Shown one piece after another: positions 1 through 10,403 of a stretch of DNA of 20,000 nucleotides. Under the pieces are notes generated by a model, which worked only from the letters and a program-made list of their open reading frames with translations, made no database searches and was not told the DNA's origin. Every line of letters starts with the position of its first letter. Position 1 is the stretch's first letter. Origin of the DNA: Chiloscyllium plagiosum. Lineage: Eukaryota. Both the position numbers and the translations under genes were made by a program. The DNA lies in contig NC_057720.1 of NCBI RefSeq assembly GCF_004010195.1, forward strand, positions 31,444,459 to 31,464,458. Direction: 5' to 3'.

Positions 1-483
1 CTTAGAAGTAGATAAATCAGCTTCCCTCTTCCCAGACTGTTGTGGTAGGCAATAGAGGGCATGTCAAGGGCTCTGACAGTAAATTCAAAGGTGAGGTGCC
101 AGACCCGGAGGATTGCTAATGCTGTCCTTTTATGAAAAAATGGTGGAAGGAATACACCAGAAAATTACAGGCCTATCAGGCTAATCTCAGTGGTGAGAAG
201 TTATTAGAAAGAATTCTGAGGGACTGAATATATCTGCCCTTGGAGAGACATAGATTATTCAGCAAAAATTTGTTAAGGTGAGGTCCTGTTCATTAAATTT
301 GATCAAATTTTCTGAAGAGGAAATCAGGAGTGTAGATGAGAGTATTGTATTTGATGTAGTCTACATGGACATCAGCAAAGTATTTGATAATGTCCTTCAT
401 GACAGACTGGTCAAGGAAATATGAACTCAGTAGATGTCAGGCAAAGTTGTGCATTGAAACCAAATTAGTTCAGAGACAAGAAA
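1..483 (+). mobile_element. Old CR1-like LINE, RT region, segment 1 of a host element split by two later insertions
   Basis: Decayed RT motifs on +: gaaaattacaggcctatcagg (ENYRPI) and gatgtagtctacatggacatcagcaaagtatttgataatgtccttcat (DVVYMDISKVFDNVLH). The sequence continues collinearly at ~5143. Confidence 0.85.
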
Positions 484-575
484 TAAGACCATAAGACCAT
501 AAAACATAGGAGTGGAATTAAGGCCATTCGGCCCATCGAGTCCATCCCACCATTTAATCACGGCTGATGGGCATT

Positions 576-3549
576 TCAACTCCACTTACCCGCACTCTCC
601 CTGTTACCGTTAATTCTTTGCAAGATCAAGAATTTATCAAACTCTGCCTTGAAGACATTTAAAGTCCCAACCTCCACTGTGCTCCATGGCAATGAATTCC
701 ACAAGCCCACCGGCTGAAGCAATGTCTCCTTGTTTCTAAATTGACTTCCTCTAATTCTAAGGCTGTGCCCACAGCTCCTAGTCTCCCTGCCTAATAGAAA
801 CAACTTCTCAGCATCCACCCGTTTTAAGCGATGCATTATCTTCTAAGTTTCTATTAGATCTCCCCTCAACCTTCTAAACTCTAATGAATACAATCCTAGG
901 ATCCTCAGCCATTTATCATATGTTAGGTCTACCATTCCAGGGATCATCCGTGTGAATCTCCGCTGTACATGCTCCAGTGCTAGTATGTCCTTCCTGAGGT
1001 GTGGGGCCCAAGATTGGGCACAGTATTCTAAATGGGGCCTAACTAGAGCAATACAACATCTCAGAAGCACATCGTTGTTTCTATATTCCAACCCTCTTGA
1101 GATAAATGACAACATTACATTCACTTTCTTAATCACGGAATCAACCTGCAAGTTAACCTTTAGAGAATCTTGTACTACCACTCCCAGATCCCTTTGTACT
1201 TTGGCTTTATGAATTTACTCACTGTTTAGAAAATAGTCCATGCCTGAATTCTTTTTTTCAAAGTGCAAGACCTCGCATTTGCTCACATTGAATTTCATCA
1301 GCCATTTCCTGGGCCACTCTACTAAACTGTCTAAGTCTTTCTGCAGCTTCCCACTTCCTCAGTATTACCTGCCTGTCCACCTAACATTGTATCATTGCAA
1401 ACTTCACTAGAATGCCCCTCAGTACCTTCATCCAGGTCATTAATATATAAAGTGGACAGCTGCTGCCCCAACACGGAACCCTGCAGACACCACTTGTCAC
1501 CAGTTGCCAGTCTGAAAAAGAACCTTTTATCCCAACATTCTGCCTTCTGTTAGCCAGCCAATCCTCAACCCATGCCAGTAGCTCACCTCGAAAACCATGA
1601 GTCCTCACCTTACTCAGCAGCCTCCCGTGAGGCAAGTTATCAAAGGCCTTTTGGAAGTCTAGATAGATAACATCCACTGGGTTTCCCTGGTCTAACCTAC
1701 TTGTTACTTCTTCAAAGAATTCTAACAGGTTTGACAGGAATGACCTCCCCTTACGAAATCCAAGCTGACTTATTCTAATCCAACCTTGCACTTCCAAGAA
1801 TTTAGAAATCACATCCTTAATGATGGATTCTAGAATTTTACCAACAACCAAGATTAGGCTTATCGGCCTATAATTTTCCATCTTTTGTCTTAATCCTTTC
1901 TTGAACAAGGGGGTTACAACAGTGATTTTACAGTCATCTGGACTTTCTCTGACTCTAGTGACTTTTGAAAGATCACAACCAACATCTCTGCTTTTTCCTC
2001 AGCCACCTCCCTCAGAACTCTAGGATGTAGCCCATCGGGGCCAGGAGATTTATCAATGTTTACACCTTTTAGCTTTTCTAGCACTTCCTCTTTTGTAGTG
2101 GCTACCATACTCAACTCTGCCCCCTGACTCTCCTTGATTGTTGGGATATTATTCCACTGTGTCTTCCACTGTGAGGACTGATGCAAAGTACTTATTAGGT
2201 TCTTCAGCTATTTCCTATCTCCCGGCACTAGCCTTCCTTCATCAATTTGGAGCAGCCCAATGTGTACTTTTGCCTCTTGTTTGTTTCTTATGTGCTGAAA
2301 GAAAATTTTACTATCATTTCTAATATTACTGGCTAGCTTACCTTCATATTTGATCCCTCCTTCCTTATTTCTCTCTTTGTTATCCTTTGTTTGTTTATGT
2401 AGTCTTCCCAATCTTCTGATTTCCCAATGCTCTTGGCCACCTTATAGGCTCTCTCTTTTTCTTTGATACATTTCCTGACTTCCTTTGTCAGCCATGGCTG
2501 TATAATCCCCCCCAGATAATTTTTCTTTTCTTTGGCATGAATCTGTGTCCTGTGTCCTCAATTACACCCAGAAACCCCTGCCATTGTTGCTCTACTGTCT
2601 TCCCCACTAGGCTCTGCTTCCAGTTGATTTTCGCCAGTTCCTCTCTCATGCCCCTGCAATTACCTTTATTTAACTGTAACACGGTTACATTTGATTTTGC
2701 CTTCTGTCTTTCAAACTGCAGACTGAACTCTACCATATTATGATCGCTGCCTCCTAAGTGTTCCCTTACTTTAAAATCTTTTATAAAGTCTGGCTCATTA
2801 TATATCACTAAGTCTAGAATAGCCTGCTCCCTGTGGGCTCCATCACAAGCTGTTCCAAAAAGCCATCCTGTAAACATTCCATGAATTCCCTTTCTTTGGA
2901 TCCACTGGCAACATTATTCACCCAGTCCACCTGCATATTGAAGTCCCACATGATCACCGTGACCTTGCCTTTCTGACATGCCCTATCTATTTCCTGGTAC
3001 ATCTTGCGCCCCTGGTCCTGACCACTGTTAGGAGGTCTGTACATAACTCCTATTAGGGGTTTTTCATCTTTGTGGTTCCTCAACTCCACCCACACAGACT
3101 CCACATCATCTGACCCTGTCATTCAGTGCCATAGATTTAATTTCATTCTTAACTAATAAGGCAACCCCACCCCCTCTGCCTACCTCCCTGTCTTTTCGAT
3201 AAGTTGTAAATCCTTGGATGTTTAACTGCCAGTCCTGAGCCCCCTGCATCCATGTCTCTGTGATGCCTACCACATCATAATCATTCATGATGATTTGTGC
3301 CGTTAATTCAACTACTTTGTTACGAATACTATGAGCATTCAGGTAAAGCGCCTTAATGCTAATTTTCTTTTCCTCATGATTTCCAACATCTCTAGTAATT
3401 TGTCCTAAGTTATCTTTCCTTTTTGCTTCATTCCTAGACTGCCTTGAACTTGAACCCTGCACACATGCTAACCTGCTGCTTATCTTTCTACTTGACTCCA
3501 TACTCCCTGTCGCTTTTGCTTTCCCTCCCCCTTGACTCACAAGTTTAAA
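576..3549 (-). pseudogene. CR1 ORF2 (APE endonuclease plus reverse transcriptase), frameshifted
   Basis: ORF-track pieces in order: ALYLNAHSIRNK, VVGITETW, GRGGGVALLV, YRPPNS, DFN, LGGSDHN (EN); KSPGPDGLHPRVL, NYRPISL, YLDFQKAFD, VKFA (RT); LVRPHLEYC, RRLRGDLIET and terminal GKWS* (CR1 C-terminus). Many frameshifts and stops. Confidence 0.93.
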
Positions 3550-4498
3550 GTCCCTGTGACCACCCTATTTATCCTTTTTGTTAGAACACTGGTTCCAGAT
3601 CAGTTCAGGTGGAGACCGTCCCATCGGTACAGATCACCCCGGTTCCAAAACTGATGCCAGTGTCCCATGAAATGGAATCCCTCTTTCCCAAACTAAATCT
3701 TTTAGCCACATGTTTACTTCCCTAATTTTCTTATCCCTATGCCAATTAGTAGGTGGCTCAGGCAGTAATCCAGAGATTATGGTCCTCGAGGACCTGTTCT
3801 TCAATTTCCTTCCTAGTGCTTGATAATCCCCAAACAGATCCTCCACCCTAGCCTTGGCTATGTTGTTAATGCCAACGTGGACCACAACAACTGGATCATC
3901 CCCCTCCCACCCCAATATCCTTTCAAGCCGATTGGAGATGTTCTGCACCCTGGTACTGGGCAGGCAACACACCAGGTGGGACTCCCGATCCGGCTTGCAA
4001 AAGATTCTATCTGTCCCCCTAATTATAGAATCCCCTATAACAACTACTTGTCTTTTTGCTCCCCCCTGTTGAATGGCTTTCTGCACCATGGTGCTGTGGT
4101 CAGATGGCTCATCCTGTCCACAGCCCTTTTCCTCATCCATACAGGGAGCAAAAATCTCACACCTGTTGGACAAGGTCGAGGGCTGAGGCTCCTGCACTCC
4201 TGAACTCAGAATCCCCCCACCTGCCTCACTTACAGTCACACCCTGTTATTTCTGATCACTGGCTGAATTTAAATTACTTAATCTACCAGGTGTGACTGCC
4301 TTCTGAAACAAAGCGTCCAGATAATTCTCCCCCTCCCGGATGTGTCACAGAGTTTGAAGGTCAGATTCCGGATCATCAGTTCTGATCCGGAGTTCTTCCA
4401 GCAACCAACACTTGCTGCAGATGTGGTCACTGCCGTTCACAATGGGGATCAGCCAGCTCCCACATCATACAGCTACAGCACATCACCTGCCCAGCCAT
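3537..4498 (-). pseudogene. CR1 ORF1: N-terminal CxxC..CxxC zinc finger/leucine zipper plus SGNH/GDSL esterase domain, disrupted
   Basis: Manual translation from ATG 4498 gives MAGQVMCCSCMMWE, then after a frameshift HICSKCWLLEELRIR. The ORF track gives VVVIGDSIIRG, VCCLP and VVVHVGINNI. The C-terminus after another frameshift reads LYRWDGLHLN (DxxH; DGLHLN at 3620-3603) and ends with TGA at 3539-3537. Confidence 0.9.
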
Positions 4499-4542
4499 CT
4501 CTAGTTATTTAATTATTGCTGGGAAATATCGAAGTTCCCAGG

Positions 4543-4775
4543 CGAGAAGTCCGCAGGGTCCTAGAGACATCTTTCCCACACAACAATACTGCGGGAGTCC
4601 ATCATGTCCTAGAGACACCCGGTCCCAGCAAACATTACTGAGTGAGTCTGCAGAGTCTTAGTGACACTCCATCCTGGGTAACATTACTGAGGAAATCCGC
4701 CGGGTCCTAAAGACACCCGGTCTCTGCAAATATAACTGAGGGAGTCTGCTGGGACCTAGAGATATCCTTTCCATT
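4543..4775 (+). repeat. Five diverged ~49-bp tandem monomers in the putative CR1 5' UTR
   Basis: A GTCCTAGAGACA-like core recurs at 4558, 4606, 4655, 4704 and 4753 (spacing 48, 49, 49, 49). The later units are each preceded by an ...ACTGAGGGAGTC-like motif. Confidence 0.9.
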
Positions 4776-5142
4776 TTTACAGAGCAGCGAGGAGAGAGGG
4801 CAGAGAGAAGTGAGGGCTGCTGGGAAGAGATAGCGTGAGAACTGTTTTTAAACGAGCAGCAGAGGGAGACACCACAGTGAGGAGCAGAGGGCTGCCAGGT
4901 ATATATTTGGGTAGCAGCTGAATCCTGAGACACTACATGTGCAGTGTCTCCAACACGCACTCCTTCTCTAATCAAAAAAAGGACTCTCGTGTGTTGCTAA
5001 GGTAAGGCATATCAATTGATATTTCTTGTGTATTGTGTAATTGATTAAAGGTCTACTGTTAGTTGGTTTGTTAAATAAGACCATAGAGAAGTAATGGAAA
5101 TTATTTCACACAATTTGTATAAATTAATTAAATAAGTAGAGA

Positions 5143-5397
5143 GATAAAGGGTATGGTAGATGGATATTTCTGTGATTGCAAGTGGCTTGTTGCTAGGGTC
5201 CTTGCTATTTATGGTGGAGCATTAATTATTTGGTCATAAATATAGGGCTATCATCAAGAGATTCACAGATGACAAGAAAATTGATAGAGTGGCAAATTCT
5301 GAGGAGGATACTTGTAAACTGCTGGAATAAATCAATGAAATGGTCAGGTGGGCATTCAAATGGAATACAACTCAGAACAATGTTAGGTAATGTACTT
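5143..5397 (+). mobile_element. Old CR1 host element, segment 2 (RT core)
   Basis: gtatggtagatggatatttctgtgattg (MVDGYFCD), agggtccttgctatttatg (GPLLF-like) and ttcacagatgacaag (FTDDK, a decayed FADD). Ends at gtaatgtactt. Confidence 0.8.
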
Positions 5398-6682
5398 AGA
5401 GTCACAGAGTCATAAAGATGTACACCCTTTGGTCCAACCCATCCATGCCGACCACATATCCCAACCGAATCTAATCCCACCTGCCAGCACCCGGCCCATA
5501 TCCCTCCAAACCCTTCCTATTCATATACCCATCCAAATGCCTCTTAAATGTTGCAATTATACCAGCCTCCACCATATCCTCTAGTAGCTCATTCCATACA
5601 CGTACCATCCTCTGTGTGAAAATGTTGCCCCATAGGTCTCTTATATCTTTCCCTTCTCACCCTAAACCTATGTCCTCTAGTTCTGGACTCCCCCACCCCA
5701 GGGAAAATACTTTGTCTATTTATCCTATCCACGCCTCTCATAATTTTGTAAACCTCTATAAGGTCACCCCTCAGCCTCTGATACTCCAGGGAAAACAGCC
5801 CCAGCCTGTTCAGCCTCTCCCTATAACTCAAATCCTCCAACTCTGGCAACATCCTTGTTATTTTTTTCTGAACCCTTTCAAGTTTTACAACATCTTTCCG
5901 ATAGGAAGGAGACCAGAATTGCACGCAATATTCCAACAGTGGCCTAACAAATGACCTGTACAGCAGCAACATGACATCCCAACTCCTGTACTCAATACTC
6001 TGACCAATAAATGAAAGCATACCAAACGCCTTCTTCACTATCCTATCTACCTCCGACTCCACTTTCAAGGAGCTTTGAACCTGCACTCCAAGGTCTCTTT
6101 GTTCAACAACACTCCCTAGGACCTTACCATTAAGTATATAAGTCCTGCTAATATTTGCTTTTCCAAAAAAAGCAGCACCTCGCATTTATCTGAATTAAAC
6201 TCCATCTGCCATTTCTCAGCCCATTGGCCCATCTGGTCCAGATCCTGTTGTAATCTGAGGTAGCCCTCTTCCCTGTTCACTACACATTCAATTTTGGTGT
6301 CATCTGCAAACTTACTAACTGTACCTCTTATGCTCGTATCCAAATCATTTATGTAAATGAGAAAAAGTAGAGGACCCAGCACAGATCCTTGTGGCACTCC
6401 ACTGGTCACAGACCTCCAGTCTGAAAAATAACCCTCCACCACCACACTCCATCTTCTACCTTTGAGCCAGTTCAGTGTTCAAATGGTTAGTTCTCCCTGT
6501 ATTCCATGAGATCTAACCTTGCTAATCAGTCTCCCATGGGGAACCTTGTTGAACGCCTTACTGAAGTTCATATAGATCACATCTACTGCTCTGCCCTCAT
6601 CAATGCTCTTTGTTACTTCCTCAAAAACCTCAATCAAGTTTGTGAGACATGATTTCCCACACACAAAACCATGTTGACTATC
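5398..6682 (-). mobile_element. 5'-truncated, relatively young CR1 LINE (RT to 3' tail)
   Basis: SCLTNLIE, GVPQGSVLGPLLFLIYINDL, KFADDTK, VRPLLEYCVQFWSP and RLRGDLIEVYKIM; tail agagtcacagagtcata at 5398. The host sequence joins across it (tactt|ggacagg), with a possible 3-bp TSD ctt. Confidence 0.93.
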
Positions 6683-7220
6683 TTGGACAGGGCTAACGAG
6701 ACAAGGATTATACAGAGAATGGTAGAGCCTTGGAAAATACTACAGATTAGAGGGAACTTGGTTTGTCTATCTACAGATCCCTGAAGGTAGCAGTGGGGCT
6801 TGATATTATGATTAAGAAGGTATTTGAGATAATTGACTTTACTAGTCAAGGCATAGAATACAGAGCAGAAAGTTATGCTGGAACTGCATAAAATGCTGGT
6901 TAGGCCACAATTTTATGCAATTCTGGTCAGCACATTATAGGAAGGATGTGATTGCACTAGAGATGGTATTGAGAAGATTTACCAGGATGTGGCCAAGGTT
7001 GGAGGATTTGAGCTAAGAGGAATGGTTGGACATGTTGGAGTTGTTTTCCTTGCAGCAGCAAAGTCGAGAGGGGACCTGATAAAGGTGTATAAGGTTATGA
7101 GGGGCATAGAAAGAGCATATAAGGTGTCACTTCCTCAATTAGTAAAGGGATCAATATTGATTGATGCAGACACAATGGGCCAAAGTGTCTTCTTCTGAGT
7201 TGTAAACATCTATGAGTCTC
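6683..7220 (+). mobile_element. Old CR1 host element, segment 3 (ORF2 C-terminal part and 3' end, internally deleted)
   Basis: ctggttaggccacaa (LVRPQ), ttctggtcagcacattataggaaggat (FWSAHYRKD) and RGDLIKVYKVMRGI; decayed 3' end atgggccaaagtgtct...tctatgagtct. Confidence 0.82.
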
Positions 7221-7479
7221 AATTCACTATGTCAAAGTTCCATGGCCGTCATTGTCTGGGTCCTCTGTCCCACTGTGTGCAGAACTATTTTAAACCATAT
7301 GTTGTGAGATACAAGTGCTATCTGCTCATTTCACGAAAGACCTGTTCTGTTTCTGATGTTTGTAACACAACTTCAAGTGTGACCTGTGAATCTGGCCCAG
7401 CAGTGGTTATTGTTGCTGTTGCAGAGAAGTAGAGGAGCAGCAGAAAAGCCGGCAAGTCCTTCACTCTGACAAGAGGTCC

Positions 7480-7805
7480 ATACAATGCAGCAACGTTCAA
7501 CAGATTCTGAACAACCTCCACATGAAGAGGTCGTAGCTGAAGGTCCCCTCAGGATGAGCAGGAGTTGTAAGAGGCCCACAGTATATCATCCTCATTGCCA
7601 TTTCCTCCAGATAAGCGAGGAGCAGCAGTGTCACTGTCAGATTGAGGACAGCCTTGGACACTGTTACAGAACAATGCTGACTGCTGGAGAACCACTTGTA
7701 ATGTGAAGGAGTGGATGGCCATCCTATTCTGGTGTCTATCAAGGGGTCAGCAGCATTAAATAACAATTGGCTGCCCTAGGAAACCTGCATAGGATCTCAC
7801 AACCC
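7480..7805 (+). pseudogene. Decayed PIF/Harbinger (HARBI1-like) transposase N-terminal fragment
   Basis: Across frameshifts it reads RPTVYHPHCHFLQISEEQ, RLRTALDTVTEQC*LLENHL*CEGVDGHPILVSIKGSAALN and LHRISQP. This resembles the Harbinger pattern R-VYR..F..LSE.QC..RLRLS..TV..LC.LL...GGHP.PV..KV..ALN.....G.L.GISQ. Recognised by eye, not by search. Confidence 0.7.
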
Positions 7806-8018
7806 ATTTTCTTCTTTTCTCCCTTTCACATCTTACCTCTTTGGTGAACTTTATAAAGATCAGCATCAAAATTCCTCTTTGCAACATTTCTGAAAAAATA
7901 CCTTTGGATCATTTATTACTTTAAAGGTGATAACAAAATATAGTCTGGTGTTGTTGATAAGTCTGTTCCTACTCAATGCTTACTCATGCTTTTTCACCAG
8001 TGTAGATGTGGGAATCCC

Positions 8019-8070
8019 TGGATGCTGCCTGACCTGCTGTGCTTTTCCAGCACCACTCTAATCTAGACTC
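8019..8070 (+). mobile_element. 52-bp Penelope-like terminal-repeat fragment with 13-bp TSD
   Basis: ggatgctgcctgacctgctgtgcttttccagca matches the copies at 10786-10817 and 11870-11901. It is flanked by perfect atgtgggaatccc at 8006-8018 and 8071-8083. Confidence 0.8.
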
Positions 8071-8227
8071 ATGTGGGAATCCCAGTTGAGCTAGCTTCAG
8101 GTGCTTCTCGAATTTACCACCACAAAGGTGGCTTTAAGCAACTAAGATCTGCGAGCTCAGTAGAAACCAAATTCTGAAGTTTGAACTTGATCTGTTTAGC
8201 TCATGCACAAATAAAATTCTAATAGCA

Positions 8228-9657
8228 TCATAGAGTCATACAGCACGGAAACAAACTCTTCATTCCAACTCTCCATGTTGGTCAAGCTTCCCAAACTGAA
8301 CTAGTCCCACTTGCCTGCCTTTGGCCCATAATCCCTCCAAACATTTTCTATTCACGTAACTATCCAAATGTTTCTTAAACATTGGAACTATATCTGCATC
8401 TATCACTTCCTCTGGCAGTTTATTCCACATACGAACTACCCTCTGTGTGAAACATTGACCCTCAAATCCCTTTTAAGTCTTTCTTCTCTCATCTTAAAAA
8501 CATGCCCACTAGTTTTGAACACTCCTACCCTCGAGAAAAGACCATTCTTAGTTACCCTATCCATGCCACTCATGGTTTTATAAACCTCAGTAAGATCACC
8601 CTCAATGTCCTTTGGTTCCAGTGAAAAAGGTCTCAGCCTATCCTTATAACTCAAACCTTCCATTCCTGGCAACATCCTGGTGAATCTTTTCTGAACCGTC
8701 TCCAATTTAATAATATCCTTTCTATAGCTGGGCAACCAGAATTGCACCTGGCACATGTACTCCAAAGTGGCCTCACCAATATCCTGTACAATCTCAACAT
8801 GACATCCCAACTTCTATAATCAATGGTCTGAGCAATGAAGGCAAGTGTGCTAAACACCTTCATAACTATCCTGTCTGCCTATAGAGAGCTATAGGGAGAG
8901 TCTGAATAGGCTGGGACTGTTTTTGCTGGAGCGTTGGAGGCTGATGGATGACCTTTATAGAGGTTTATAAAATCATGAGGAGCATGGATAGGGTAAATAG
9001 ACAAAGTCTTTTCCCTGGGGTGGGGGAGTCCAGAACTAGAGGGCATAGGTTTAGAGTGAGAGGGGAAAGATATAAAAGGAACCTAAGGGGCAACTTTTTC
9101 ACACAGATGGAGGTGTGTAATTGGAATCAGCTGTCAGAAGAAGTGGTGGATGTTGGTACAATTGCAATATTTAAAAGGCATCAAAAGGTATATGAATAGG
9201 AAGGTTTTGGAGGGATATGGGCCAAATGCTGACAAATGGGACTAGATTAGTTTGGGATATCTGGTCAGCATGGACGAGTTTTACCCAAGGGTCTGTTTCC
9301 ATGATGTACATCTCTATGACTCTTTAACTCTATGACCTGTGATGCAACTTTCAAAGAACAATGTACTGAACTCCACCCAGAACAATGCAACCCAGGGCTC
9401 TACTGTTAAATGTACAAGTCCTGCCTTTATTTATTTTATCAAAATGCAATTTGTCATATTTATCCAAATTAAACTCTATTTGCCACTCCTCAGCCCAATG
9501 GCCAATTGATCAAGATCTCTTTGTAATCTTAGATAATGTTTTTCACTGTCGCCTGTACCACCAATTTTGGTGTCATCTGCAAACTTAACTAATCATGCCT
9601 CCTAAATTCTCATCCAAATAATTTGTATAAATGACAAACAAATGTGGACCCAGCACC
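8228..9657 (-). mobile_element. 5'-truncated CR1 LINE (8228-8880 and 9336-9657) interrupted by a + strand CR1
   Basis: Tail tcatagagtcata; QFWLPSYRKDIIKLETVQKRFTRMLPG and GDLTEVYK; the second part has ttggtgtcatctgcaaac (FADDTK) and ggacccagcac (VLGP). Confidence 0.9.
8881..9335 (+). mobile_element. CR1 3' fragment nested in the 8228-9657 element
   Basis: IEVYKIMRSMDRVNRQSLFPGVGESRTRGHRFRVRG, near-identical to the 5589-6185 peptide; tail ctctatgactctttaactctatga; possible TSD cct (8878-8880 / 9336-9338). Confidence 0.92.
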
Positions 9658-9719
9658 TTCCTTACAGGATCTTAAACACATCAATTACAGCTTGTCACAA
9701 TGTCTTCATAAATGTGAGT

Positions 9720-10091
9720 TTAAGAGGGAATCAGATGGTGTGGTGTTTAAAATATTGAAAGAATTTGATAGGATAGATAGGATTTAGCTATTCAGTAAAT
9801 TGAAAACAATGGAACATAAGCTTAAAATTAGAGCTGGAGGAAGCAATAGCATGATCAGAGAGCTCTGTTTCACACACAGAGTTCTAAAATCTGGAACTAA
9901 TTCTCCGAAAAGGCTAAAACATTTGAACTTTCGAGACTAAGTTAGATATATTTTTATAAATTAAGGCTGTCTGTCAAAGGCTAGGAGCAAAGGTGTGAAA
10001 ATAGTGTTGAGCTACAGATCAGCCCTGCTCTAACTGAATGGCAGAGGAGGTATAAGGGGCTGCATAATCTACTATTCCTAATGTTGCTATG
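9720..10091 (+). mobile_element. Highly decayed CR1 3' fragment
   Basis: gtgtttaaaatattgaaagaatttgatagg (VFKILKEFDR), ttcacacacagagtt...atctggaac (FTHRV..IWN) and a CR1-like 3' UTR cagatcagcc...tgaatggcagag...cctaatgttgctatg. Confidence 0.7.
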
Positions 10092-10213
10092 CCCCTCCCT
10101 AAAGTCTAAACCTCTCTGGAATTACATCCACAATCTCACTAATCTTACTGTGGCAACAATGGGCCTTTAATCTGGATATCAATCTCACATTTCCATCCAG
10201 CTCACTCATTTAA

Positions 10214-10403
10214 CAGAATCAACATATTGAGTATGATATGAGTCTTCTTCAGAACTCAAGTTAGTTAACCCTGTTCTCTCTGCTTCTCTGCAGAGTTAAC
10301 TCAGCTTCTCTCTCCAAATCATCTCTCTCCACAGATACTGCCAGACCTGCTGAGTTTCTCTAGTACTTCCTGTATTTGTTTGGATGATTTCAAGTTTATG
10401 CAG
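10214..10403. mobile_element. Decayed PLE-like terminal repeat (second subfamily): minus-strand hammerhead-like head followed by a + strand body
   Basis: The reverse complement of 10218-10257 is gagttCTGAAGAagactcatatcatactcaatatgttgat. The body acagatactgccagacctgctgagtttctctag resembles the gatgctgcctgacctgctg body of the other copies. Confidence 0.6.

Larger units (their letters stand above)
484..5142 (-). mobile_element. Near full-length CR1-clade LINE: body 484-4515 on minus strand, putative inverted 5' UTR 4516-5142
   Basis: 3' octamer tail (taagaccataagaccata, 484-501), GGCC-attc-GGCC 3' stem-loop (522-533), ORF2 EN+RT and ORF1 esterase. The host RT stops at ~483 and resumes at ~5143. 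Candidate TSD agaaataa (479-486) / agagataa (5140-5147), 7/8 match. Confidence 0.9.

Noticed and set aside
3634..4239. Stand-alone host GDSL lipase/esterase gene
   Set aside because: It is the esterase domain of CR1 ORF1, which is an established feature, lies directly upstream of EN-RT and is disrupted.
4543..4775. CRISPR-like regularly spaced repeats
   Set aside because: Whole units are homologous with no unique spacers, there are no cas genes, and the context is a eukaryotic LINE.
4912..4999. Hammerhead or HDV-like ribozyme call for the 5' UTR three-way junction
   Set aside because: The junction reads CTGAATCCT and CAA rather than CUGANGA and GAAA, and no HDV nested pseudoknot could be fitted. 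It is kept only as an unclassified structure.
7318..7766. Minus-strand ORFs as host exons
   Set aside because: No recognisable protein or convincing splice sites; the + strand Harbinger-like reading explains the region better.
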